42,898 bases of DNA, from assembly GCA_002720935.1 (NCBI GenBank), contig PBIV01000016.1:13588-56485 (forward strand), written 5' to 3'. Position numbers and translations under genes: made by a program. Source of the stretch: Rickettsiales bacterium (GTDB lineage Bacteria; Pseudomonadota; Alphaproteobacteria; Micavibrionales; GCA-2720935). Positions 1 through 8,666 of this stretch are shown here, in pieces (positions within the stretch are counted from its first letter, which is position 1; the number at the start of each line of letters is the position of its first letter). The notes beneath the pieces are model-generated. The model searched no databases. It saw nothing but the letters and a program-made list of their open reading frames with translations, and was not told the origin of the DNA.

Positions 1-330
1 GCAATTAATGGCTTAGATAATCAATTTGTTGATAATCATAGGGTTCAAGCCTTAATAGAGATTGATGGCGATACGTCATATGATGGATATATGATTGATG
101 CAGATAGTTATATGTCATCTGTGGGACAACGTTGGCTGTCTGCGCGAGATAATTTCGCACCAACAGCACAAAAAGTAACAACTGTGTTATCAGATTTGCG
201 GGATTTCTATGATAATAATGAATTTGTTCAGGCGAAATCACAGATCAGAAATCTTGGTTTTGTTGATCCGTTAGATACCTTGGCGCCAAAACGTCAAAGA
301 TCAATTCGTGGTAAGGCGTTCACAATTTAA
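1..330 (+). CDS. Hypothetical protein, 5'-truncated by window edge
   Basis: Frame 1 is open from base 1 (AINGLDNQFVDNHRVQALIEID...) to TAA at 328-330, so the ORF-track start at 91 is internal. No family recognised. Confidence 0.65.
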   Translation, partial: AINGLDNQFVDNHRVQALIEIDGDTSYDGYMIDADSYMSSVGQRWLSARDNFAPTAQKVTTVLSDLRDFYDNNEFVQAKSQIRNLGFVDPLDTLAPKRQRSIRGKAFTI

Positions 331-370
331 AACTCAAATTGAATCAATAAAAATATTAAGGAGAAATAGT

Positions 371-556
371 ATGAATGATGGCTGGTCAAAAACGGATGAA
401 ATTGAATCTGGTGATGATAACCTCTCAGGATTTGTAAAAAAGTCAAAATCAGGCTGTGGCATGGAAGAATCGGAGGCGTGGGCTGAAGCTGATGCTAAAG
501 AAAAGATTGCCCGTAAGCCAAAACCAAAAAGATCAGGTGGTTGGAAATTATTCTAA
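371..556 (+). CDS. Small hypothetical protein (61 aa), acidic N-half and basic C-tail
   Basis: Strong SD (AAGGAG, 358-363) before ATG at 371; followed directly by a terminator hairpin. Confidence 0.65.
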   Translation: MNDGWSKTDEIESGDDNLSGFVKKSKSGCGMEESEAWAEADAKEKIARKPKPKRSGGWKLF

Positions 557-557
557 T

Positions 558-588
558 AAAAAAGCCCTAGATAATTTCTAGGGCTTTT
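558..588. terminator. Bidirectional intrinsic terminator
   Basis: AAAAGCCCTAGA-taatt-TCTAGGGCTTTT perfect inverted repeat with A/T tails between convergent genes. Confidence 0.85.
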
Positions 589-615
589 GCTTTTGTAATT
601 GAGTTCTTTTAATTT

Positions 616-1212
616 TTAAAAATCAAAACCATCATTGTTGTACCAGCCAGCACCAGTCTTGCCTGATTTGATATTTTGATCTTGTTTGATTAGAGCTTTT
701 ACTTGCTGATCTTTTTCTAAGATAAAGTCTTGTGCTGCGATAATTCGTGCATCCTTAAGACTGATAAAGCGAGCGCTAAACATCACACTGTCGCCAGAAA
801 GGACATATGTACCTGTCACAAGGCCAGCGGCTTGATGTGAACGGCTTGTTTGCTCTGGATCACGAGTAAGAGAAAACTCACCATCTTGGTTTAGGTTCAT
901 ATAGTCTCTTAATTTAACTTCTGAGACATTATAGCCCAGCTGAACCATACGGGTTAAGAATTGTTCTGCAACAACTTTACCAAGCTCAGAGCTTTTCTCA
1001 ACATTGTTAATATTTGCAAAGTTTGAAACAAGGATAGGGGTTCTATCGTTAACAACACCTTTTTGGCCAACTTGTGTCATAAGATCATCGGTTGCATTGT
1101 AAGTAACCAAGGTCATCCCATATTCGCCGCGTGTATACCCAAAGTTATTAAGATCACTTGAACAAGCAGTAATCAAGAAGATGAAAAGGATTGATAAAAT
1201 TTTACGTTTCAT
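616..1212 (-). CDS. FlgO-domain outer-membrane lipoprotein
   Basis: Lipobox LITAC; motifs ILVSNFANINNVEKSSELGKVVAEQ, GYNVSEVKLR, GEFSLTRD and LVTGTY resemble the FlgO family. Confidence 0.75.
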   Translation of the reverse strand: MKRKILSILFIFLITACSSDLNNFGYTRGEYGMTLVTYNATDDLMTQVGQKGVVNDRTPILVSNFANINNVEKSSELGKVVAEQFLTRMVQLGYNVSEVKLRDYMNLNQDGEFSLTRDPEQTSRSHQAAGLVTGTYVLSGDSVMFSARFISLKDARIIAAQDFILEKDQQVKALIKQDQNIKSGKTGAGWYNNDGFDF

Positions 1213-1279
1213 GGATATGTCCTAAAAGAATTATTTAGTTTTATTATTCAATATACAAATTCTAACTGAATCTTATTGT

Positions 1280-2806
1280 TTATCCAGCTTTTTTTACATT
1301 ATTACGATTTACAGCGTCATAAACCTTTTTGCCGTACTCTTCGTCAATTTCAGCAAAGAATAAGGTACTGCCGCAATCTTCGATCGCATCCAGCTCTTCA
1401 ATATCATCAGCCTTATAATTATTCCCTTTAATTACAAAATCAGGCTTGATTTCTTTTAGTAGATCGGCAGGTGTTTTCTCATCAAAAGAAACGACAAGAT
1501 CAACAGTTTCTAACGTTCCTAGAAGAGCTGTTCTAGCAACCTCGTTTTGAACTAGAGTATCAATACGGCCACTTTCTTTTGCTGATTTATCGGAGTTCAC
1601 AGCGACAATTAGCTTATCGCATTGTTCTTTTGCCTGTTCAAATAAAGATAAGTGGCCAGGGTGCAAGAGATCAAAATACCCGTTTGCAAAGCCCACAGTA
1701 TAGCCTTGTGTTCGCCAAAGGCTCACTTTTTCAAGGCACTCATTTTTTTTATTAAGTTTCATTAATCCAGATAAAGATAGTCCCTTGCCATTTGAGCCTT
1801 GGGAGCTATGACTAGCAACAGCATCAATAAGTTCTTCTTGGAAAATACGCGCCGTTCCAACGCGCCCAACAACAATTCCGCCTGCAATGTTGCCCAAATG
1901 GATGGCTTGTTCGTAGGTGGCCTTTGCTGAAACAGACAAGATTAATGTTGCGGCAACGGTATCGCCAGCACCAGAAACATCATATACGTCTTTTGCTTGG
2001 GTTGGGATATGGATTGCATTGCCGTCTTTTTCAAAAAATGACATGCCGTCTTCGCTTTTTGTGACGAGAACGTTTTTAATCGCTGTCGTGTTTAAAATTT
2101 TATTTGCGGCTTGTTTTATCTCAGCATCTTTTTTAGTTGGTAAATCGGTTAAATCGCTAAGCTCATTGCGATTCGGTTTTAAGATTGTCACACCATCATA
2201 CTTATTTAAATTCTTCCCTCTCGGGTCAACAAGGGTAGGGATGCCATGATCATTGGCTAATTTGATAACATATTGGGCTAAATCTTCAGTCAAAAATCCA
2301 TTGCCATAGTCACATAATAAAACGGCGTCGTTATTCTTAATCTGTTCTTTGATAATCGATTTGACTTTATCCAAAGCATCTTCAGAAATTTCGGTTTTAA
2401 TTTCTTGATCAAAACGGCCAATTTGAGTTGTCTTGGCGAGAAGACGCGTCTTTACAGTTGTGGGTTTGCTTGGGTCTGTAACGAGGCCTAAATCATGCCC
2501 CAAAGCCTGTCTTGCAATTGCCTTTATATCTTGGGCTTCACTGTCTTGACCAATTGTTGAGACAAGAAAGACACTTCCCCCTAAAGAGGCGATATTAGCG
2601 GCCGCATTACCAGCACAGCCAAGCATCACTTTTCTATGATCTTCAACCAAAACAGGGACAGGGGCTTCTGATGACATACGAGATACAGTGCCATAAATAA
2701 AGCGGTCTAAAACAACGTCGCCAACACATAAGATGCGTTGATTGGAAAAACTATCAATAATTGCCTTATATTTTTGTAAATCTGTATGTTTAAAAATAGT
2801 ACTCAT
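1280..2806 (-). CDS. hldE: Bifunctional heptose-7-phosphate kinase / heptose-1-phosphate adenylyltransferase
   Basis: PfkB-type kinase motifs (VGDVVLDRFIYG, SSEAPVPV, DVSGAGDTV) fused to a cytidylyltransferase-like domain (NGYFDLLHPGH, VAVNSDKS). Confidence 0.93.
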   Translation of the reverse strand: MSTIFKHTDLQKYKAIIDSFSNQRILCVGDVVLDRFIYGTVSRMSSEAPVPVLVEDHRKVMLGCAGNAAANIASLGGSVFLVSTIGQDSEAQDIKAIARQALGHDLGLVTDPSKPTTVKTRLLAKTTQIGRFDQEIKTEISEDALDKVKSIIKEQIKNNDAVLLCDYGNGFLTEDLAQYVIKLANDHGIPTLVDPRGKNLNKYDGVTILKPNRNELSDLTDLPTKKDAEIKQAANKILNTTAIKNVLVTKSEDGMSFFEKDGNAIHIPTQAKDVYDVSGAGDTVAATLILSVSAKATYEQAIHLGNIAGGIVVGRVGTARIFQEELIDAVASHSSQGSNGKGLSLSGLMKLNKKNECLEKVSLWRTQGYTVGFANGYFDLLHPGHLSLFEQAKEQCDKLIVAVNSDKSAKESGRIDTLVQNEVARTALLGTLETVDLVVSFDEKTPADLLKEIKPDFVIKGNNYKADDIEELDAIEDCGSTLFFAEIDEEYGKKVYDAVNRNNVKKAG

Positions 2807-2958
2807 GGCATCGGATATTATATGTAAAGGGCTGAAAACTCAAGGTTTTTGTTTAAAATATGATGGCTTACAAATAATCGAGATTACTATTGATTTTTGT
2901 GCTATAACGTAGCATAACAATTTTCTTTTTTATAAAAACAACAATAAAGGTTTTTTAC

Positions 2959-3687
2959 ATGAGCATGTTTGAAGATTTAGTAAGAAGTATTAAGAAAGTT
3001 TTGTTCGTTCCGATCCATCCAGCAGGGTGGTCAATTATTGCAGTTTTTGCAATTGTCAGTGTTTTCTTATTCTTTATCGATGACAGTGTTGGTATGATTG
3101 GTCTTGTTCTTCTTGGCTGGTGTGTTTACTTTTTCCGTGACCCTGTCCGTCATACACCTGTTAAAGAGGGGCTCATCATTAGCCCTGCGGATGGTAAAGT
3201 TTGCGGCATTGAGAGCGGTGTTTCTTTACCAAAAGAGCTTGATGAAGCTGATGATGATGAAAATTACACTCGTATAAGTGTCTTTTTGAATGTCTTTAAT
3301 GTGCATGTAAACAGGGTTCCTATTGAAGGTACGATCAAACAAGTTGTTTACACACCTGGTAAGTTTTTAAATGCAAGTCTGGATAAAGCCAGTGAATATA
3401 ATGAGCGTTCGGCGGCTTTGGTTGAAACCTCAGATGGTAAACATGTTGGTTTTGTGCAGATCGCAGGTTTGATCGCAAGACGTATTATCTGTGATTTAAA
3501 AGCAGGGCAAAAAGTTGATACAGGCGAGAAATACGGTATTATTCGTTTTGGGAGTAGAGCTGATATTTACTTACCAAAAGGAACAAATCCATTGGTTGCG
3601 GTTGGTCAAACAATGGTCGGGGGAGAGACCGTTTTAGCGGATTTAAAAAGCAAAGAAAAAAGAAGAGAAGCTATAAAGCGAGTATAA
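2959..3687 (+). CDS. psd: Phosphatidylserine decarboxylase proenzyme (Psd-A type)
   Basis: YFFRDP, ISPADGKV, FLNVFNVHVNRVP, QIAGLIARRI and the self-cleavage motif RFGS. Confidence 0.95.
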   Translation: MSMFEDLVRSIKKVLFVPIHPAGWSIIAVFAIVSVFLFFIDDSVGMIGLVLLGWCVYFFRDPVRHTPVKEGLIISPADGKVCGIESGVSLPKELDEADDDENYTRISVFLNVFNVHVNRVPIEGTIKQVVYTPGKFLNASLDKASEYNERSAALVETSDGKHVGFVQIAGLIARRIICDLKAGQKVDTGEKYGIIRFGSRADIYLPKGTNPLVAVGQTMVGGETVLADLKSKEKRREAIKRV

Positions 3688-3688
3688 A

Positions 3689-4051
3689 ATGCCACATTTA
3701 GATGTGAAAATGAGTTACGGGATCTCATCAAAGATCAGACCCGATGACTTATTGAGAAAATTACACGACGTGTTAAGTGAACAAGAAACAATTAAATTAG
3801 AACAAATAAAATCAAAGATGTTTATCTCTGATTTTGAATATATTGGGGATGTTGTCGAGACGCCTCAAGATTATGTTCATGTTGAAATAAAGCTGATGCC
3901 AGGAAGATCGCAAGAGATTAAGCAAACAATTTCAAAATCTTTGCATGAAGTTGTTGTAAAGGAAATTGAAAGCGCTAATCTTAAAAGCTATAACACAGTT
4001 GAAGTTTCAGAATTAGATGAAAACAGTTATTCATCATCAAAAGATTATTAA
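3689..4051 (+). CDS. Tautomerase superfamily protein (5-carboxymethyl-2-hydroxymuconate isomerase-like)
   Basis: Starts MPH (catalytic Pro1 after Met removal); IKS, YVHVEIKLMPGRSQEIK and VEVSELD motifs; 120 aa. Confidence 0.8.
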   Translation: MPHLDVKMSYGISSKIRPDDLLRKLHDVLSEQETIKLEQIKSKMFISDFEYIGDVVETPQDYVHVEIKLMPGRSQEIKQTISKSLHEVVVKEIESANLKSYNTVEVSELDENSYSSSKDY

Positions 4052-4053
4052 AT

Positions 4054-4890
4054 ATGGCTGATAAAACAAAAGCAAAACCTAAAGCAAAGAACCCCAAGGC
4101 TGATAAAAAAAGCATTGGTGTTGATATTGTCTCTTTGCCCAAATTAATTCCAAATATGCTTACCATTATGGCCTTATGTGCAGGTTTAACATCTCTACGA
4201 TTTGCGCTGACAGAAAAATGGGAATTGGCGGTTATTGCAATTCTAGTGGCGTCTATTTTTGATGCGCTTGATGGGGCAATGGCAAGGCTTTTAAAGGCGA
4301 CTTCTAAATTGGGTGCGGAATTGGATTCATTGTCTGACTTTTTATCTTTTGGGATTGCACCGTCTTTAATCGTTTATCTATGGTTTACACATGAGGCAAA
4401 GGGTGTTGGTTGGTTTGCAGCGATTGTTTTTGCCGTTGCAACAGCGCTTAGATTAGGGCGTTTTAATGTGCAAACTAAAAAGCATGATAAAGACCCGAAG
4501 AAGAAAAAATACTCACATTATTTTGAAGGCGTACCATCGCCAGCAGGGGCATTTTTGGCGCTATGCCCGATAATTGTTTATAATTATTTTGAGATTGGGT
4601 TCTTTCCTAAATTCGACTGGGCGGCTTATGTGATATCTGGATGGGTTGTTATTGTTGCTTTACTTATGGTTAGTAAAGTGCCAACATTCTCATTAAAATC
4701 ACTTAAAATTCCTAAAAAAATGACGATACCGTTATTGGCTTTTTTAGGTCTTGCAATTGCAGCGCTGATAACACACCCGTGGTTAACACTTACAGTCATT
4801 GCCTTTTTATATGTGGTTTCAATTTTCTTTTCTTTTCGAAGTTTTAGAAAATTTAAAAAACGCGATAATGAAGAGTTTGATTTATTTTAA
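4054..4890 (+). CDS. pssA: CDP-diacylglycerol--serine O-phosphatidyltransferase
   Basis: LIPNMLT, DALDGAMAR...GAELDSLSDFLSFGIAP, LRLGRFN, FEGVPSP; in the psd operon. Confidence 0.93.
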   Translation: MADKTKAKPKAKNPKADKKSIGVDIVSLPKLIPNMLTIMALCAGLTSLRFALTEKWELAVIAILVASIFDALDGAMARLLKATSKLGAELDSLSDFLSFGIAPSLIVYLWFTHEAKGVGWFAAIVFAVATALRLGRFNVQTKKHDKDPKKKKYSHYFEGVPSPAGAFLALCPIIVYNYFEIGFFPKFDWAAYVISGWVVIVALLMVSKVPTFSLKSLKIPKKMTIPLLAFLGLAIAALITHPWLTLTVIAFLYVVSIFFSFRSFRKFKKRDNEEFDLF

Positions 4891-4911
4891 AACTATACAA
4901 GAGATATAAAA

Positions 4912-5571
4912 TTGTTAGATAGCCAGTTAAAACCTTATATTGACCCTTATCTGATCAAAATCTCTGATAAGTTCAGGTCATATGGTTTAGAGGCAAATGA
5001 TGTAACTTTAATTGGTCTCTTTTTTGCGATCTTAACATTTCCAGCCCTTTTATTTAAAACCTATTGGTTAGCATTGATCTTAATTCTTTTAAATCGTCTG
5101 ATGGACGGTATTGATGGTTTTATAGCCAGATCAGAAGAAAAAGATATCCGTAGTATTAAGCGTCAATTTGGTGGCTTTTTTGATATCTTTTCTGACTTTG
5201 TTCTCTATAGCGGTTTTGTTTTGTTTTTTGCCCTAGGCTATGGCGTTGAGGGCTACTTTGCAGGCCTGTTTTTACTCTTTGCTTATATCTTAAATGCTGT
5301 TTGCTTTTTTGGTTATGCGCTTTTTACGACCTCTACAGGTGGACAAATCACAGATGTTAAAAAGTCTTTTGCTTTTTTAGAAGGCATTGCGGAGGGTACA
5401 GAAACAATTATCTATATGGTCACTTGTTGTATCGTGCCATTTTTATTTCCTGCATTAACGTTCATATTTGCGTTAATGTGTTTGGTTTCAGCGATTTTGA
5501 GATTTTATAATATCTATAAGATTTATAAGACGTTTTCAAAACAATCCCAGAAATCTAAAAATAGTGATTAA
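4912..5571 (+). CDS. CDP-alcohol phosphatidyltransferase family protein (YnjF-like)
   Basis: MLD start (TTG), NRLMDGIDGFIAR...GGFFDIFSD signature and C-terminal GIAEGTETI. Confidence 0.8.
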   Translation: MLDSQLKPYIDPYLIKISDKFRSYGLEANDVTLIGLFFAILTFPALLFKTYWLALILILLNRLMDGIDGFIARSEEKDIRSIKRQFGGFFDIFSDFVLYSGFVLFFALGYGVEGYFAGLFLLFAYILNAVCFFGYALFTTSTGGQITDVKKSFAFLEGIAEGTETIIYMVTCCIVPFLFPALTFIFALMCLVSAILRFYNIYKIYKTFSKQSQKSKNSD

Positions 5572-6512
5572 AAGAAGCCGCTTTGTTTTTCTTCTTCCTC
5601 TTTTTTACGCTCTGATGGAGCCATAAAAGGGGAATTCGGATTCATCGCATTTGATGGATCAATGTAATAAGGGCTGCGCTTTGGATCATTAGCCGTGCCA
5701 GTAACATGTCTATGTCTTGCGGCTTCTTGCTGCATTTTTAGCATTCTTTCTGCTTCTAAAACATGGCCTGAAGCTTCCCTCATAAGGGCTTGTTTATCCG
5801 TTACTTTACGCAGTTGCTATCTCAATAAATCTTCTTGTTTTTGCGCATTAAAACGCCCACGCTCTTTTGCCATTTGGCCAGGGTTTAATCCTTTAAAAGC
5901 GCTTTCTTGTTTCTTTTTAGCGGCAATCTGCTTGGCAGTTTCTGGTTTTGAAGCAAGAACTTTACCAGTTGTATCTTTTGTGCCTAAGTAAGCAACATAA
6001 CCAGTTCCAACGGCGCGTAGATTCTTCTTCCCAGAACCTTTATCGTCATCTTTACCAGAAGATGTTGACGATGATTTTGTCTCACTTTTACCTTTACCGT
6101 CTTTGTCTTTACCGGCTTTTGGCTTATTTGAGAATAGAGCTTCAAACAGTTCTTGAGCGACAAGGGCGGTTGCCCCACCACCTGCAACAGCATCAACACC
6201 CATTTGTGTTGCTTCTGCATCAGCTTCGCCATGTTTGCGTGCTGCTTGTTCTTCTTCCCATGTTGTTTTCTTTAAATCGCTTTCAGCCGCAGCTGCAGCC
6301 TTATCAGCTTCTTCAGCCATGATGTTAGCTTGTCTCAAAGCTTCTTGAGAGCCAATGGCAGCTTGAATTTCTTGTTGATTATTTTCCGCTTGAGGAAGCG
6401 GCGCAGTATTTGTAGGGGCTTCGGGAACCGGTGCTGTCAATTCACTGGCTAAACTGTTCCACTCTGTAAGAGTCTGGTGTCTGTTAACTAATGTAGCTGT
6501 CATTGTCCCCAA
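5568..6512 (-). pseudogene. Orphan low-complexity protein gene interrupted by one in-frame TAG (nonsense allele, sequencing error or readthrough)
   Basis: ORFs 5817-6512 and 5568-5783 are in the same frame, separated only by TAG (5817-5819) and 11 sense codons (QLRKVTDKQAL). Confidence 0.6.
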
Positions 6513-6635
6513 CTATAAATTTACCTAATCAATATAATTCTATAGCAATATGTTTATGAAAATATTAATATTTTCCGTATTTTTAATTATGAATAGATAT
6601 AATAAGGCAATTTTGTGGCAAAATCAAGATTTTCT

Positions 6636-8153
6636 TCATATTTGAAAGTACCTGAAGGCAAGTGCTTCTGCGAGGTTTTGCGGTTTTACTGTATCTTGTC
6701 CGTTAAGGTCTGCGACTGTTCTTGCAACTTTTAAAAGTCTGATATAACCACGCCCCGAAAGCCCAAATCGCTCAACAGCCTTTTCCAAAAGTGGATAAGT
6801 TTCATCATCAATTTGTAAGAGTTCCTCTATATTACTGTCATTGGCCGCGGCATTTGTTAAAAAGGAACGGTCTTTATAACGATCATATTGTTTGGCTCTG
6901 GCTTGTTTGACTTTTTCTAATATGGTCTCACTTTTCTCGCCTTGCGGGGCTTTTGTAAGCTCATTGGCGGGCAGGGCATTTACTTCTACAAAAATATCAA
7001 AACGATCAAGCAAAGGACCAGAAAGCTTTTTTTTATAATTAGCCCCACAAACAGGCGCCTTATTACAAGCCCGTGCAGGGTCAGATAAATATCCGCATTT
7101 ACATGGGTTCATGGCGGCGATTAATTGAAATTGTGCAGGAAAACGTGCTTGGTTCGCAGCTCTTGCAATTAAGACTTCACCAGTTTCAATGGGTTGTCTT
7201 AAGGATTCTAAGGTGTCTCGTTTAAATTCGGGCAATTCATCAAGGAATAAAACACCATTATGGGCAAGTGATATCTCCCCAGGTTTAATTTTTTGCCCGC
7301 CACCAATAATTGATGCGGTTGATGCGGTATGATGTGGGTCACGATAAGGTGGTCTTAATACAATGCCTTTACTTGTTCCTTGTCCAGAAAGACTGTGAAT
7401 CATGGACGTTTCTAAAACTTCGTGGCTTTCTAGTGGCGGTAGAATTGATGGTAAGCGTTGAGCTAACATTGATTTGCCCGAGCCAGGAGGGCCAATCATC
7501 AACATGTTATGGCGACCAGCCGCGGCAATGGTAAGAGCGCGCTTAGCTGTTTCTTGTCCACGGACATCATGTAAATCTTTTTCAAAGGAGATGATTTCAG
7601 CATCGCTCAAGTCTGCTTTGCGACTAAATGGTGCTAAAACCTGCTGGCCTTTAAAATGATTAATAAGGTTAAGTAAGTTTTTAGGCGCTAAAATTTCAAT
7701 TTGGTTTGATGCCCATGAAGCTTCTTCTGCTTGGGCATGTGGGCAAATAAAATTGCGATCTTGTGATACGGCATGAATGGCTGCGGGTAGGATTCCTTGA
7801 ACATTCTGGATACGAGAATCAAGAGCAAGCTCACCTAAAATAATATAATTACTTAAAACATCTCTTGGTACGATTTCCATTGCGCTGAGTAGGCATAGGG
7901 CAATTGGTAAATCAAAATGGCTGCCTTCTTTGTGTAGATCAGCAGGCGAGAGATTGACGGTAATGCGTTGTGTCGGGAGCGATAGGCCGATGGCTTGCAA
8001 AGCACTTCTTATGCGCTCTTTACTTTCTGCAACCGCCTTATCAGGTAGGCCGACAATATTAAAAGCAGGCAAACCTTTAGCCAGTTGAACCTGAACTTCA
8101 ACGTCCTTGACTTCAATGCCTTGAAAAACAACAGAATGCGATGTTGCGACCAC
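6636..8153 (-). CDS. comM: ComM/YifB family Mg-chelatase-like AAA+ ATPase
   Basis: VGLPDKAVAESKERIR, NLSPADLHKEGSHFDLPIA, Walker A GPPGSGKS, FLDELPEF and AAMNPCKCG. Likely start is GTG at 8153 after AGGGA, not 8246. Confidence 0.93.
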   Translation of the reverse strand: MVATSHSVVFQGIEVKDVEVQVQLAKGLPAFNIVGLPDKAVAESKERIRSALQAIGLSLPTQRITVNLSPADLHKEGSHFDLPIALCLLSAMEIVPRDVLSNYIILGELALDSRIQNVQGILPAAIHAVSQDRNFICPHAQAEEASWASNQIEILAPKNLLNLINHFKGQQVLAPFSRKADLSDAEIISFEKDLHDVRGQETAKRALTIAAAGRHNMLMIGPPGSGKSMLAQRLPSILPPLESHEVLETSMIHSLSGQGTSKGIVLRPPYRDPHHTASTASIIGGGQKIKPGEISLAHNGVLFLDELPEFKRDTLESLRQPIETGEVLIARAANQARFPAQFQLIAAMNPCKCGYLSDPARACNKAPVCGANYKKKLSGPLLDRFDIFVEVNALPANELTKAPQGEKSETILEKVKQARAKQYDRYKDRSFLTNAAANDSNIEELLQIDDETYPLLEKAVERFGLSGRGYIRLLKVARTVADLNGQDTVKPQNLAEALAFRYFQI

Positions 8154-8182
8154 TAAATATGTATCCCTAAAATTAAATCCTT

Positions 8183-8207
8183 GTGAATTAACTTCGTGAA
8201 TTAACTT
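8183..8207. repeat. 12-bp direct repeat GTGAATTAACTT x2 upstream of comM
   Basis: Exact copies at 8183-8194 and 8196-8207. Confidence 0.8.
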
Positions 8208-8273
8208 TTTACACGGGAAATCATAACCGTCAAATAAAAACGGCATAAAAACAACTTATAATTGTGTTTTGAT

Positions 8274-8645
8274 TTATTTTCTATTCTGGAGAGGGCCTAA
8301 ATCTTCGCCGCCAATCATATGGGCATGAAGATGAGGGACATCTTGATTTGAATCTTTACGGCAATTGAAAATTAAACGATAGCCTGTCTCATTAATACCT
8401 GCTTTTTCGGCTGCAATTTTAATAGCATCAAAGAAACCAATACGCTCAGCGTCCGTTGCGTTTTCTAGGAGGTCTTGTATGTCTGTATATTTACCTTTTG
8501 GTAGAATAAGGAGATGCACTTTTGCTTGCGGGTGAATGTCTTCAAAAACAACGCTATAGTCATCTTCGTAAAAATAATCTTTAGGAATTTCACCACGAAG
8601 AATTTTAGCAAAAATATTGTCATCACTATAAACGGGTACTGTCAT
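8274..8645 (-). CDS. hinT: Histidine triad (HIT) nucleotide-binding protein
   Basis: NIFAKILRGEIP, FEDIHPQAKVHLLILPK and the triad VPHLHAHMIGG. Confidence 0.92.
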   Translation of the reverse strand: MTVPVYSDDNIFAKILRGEIPKDYFYEDDYSVVFEDIHPQAKVHLLILPKGKYTDIQDLLENATDAERIGFFDAIKIAAEKAGINETGYRLIFNCRKDSNQDVPHLHAHMIGGEDLGPLQNRK

Positions 8646-8666
8646 GTTAATTAATCTCCTAAATAA

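Noticed and set aside
5817-5819. Genome-wide TAG reassignment or pyrrolysine
   Set aside because: fbaB ends at TAG (20113-20115) at a normal length, no core gene has an internal TAG, and no pyl genes are present.
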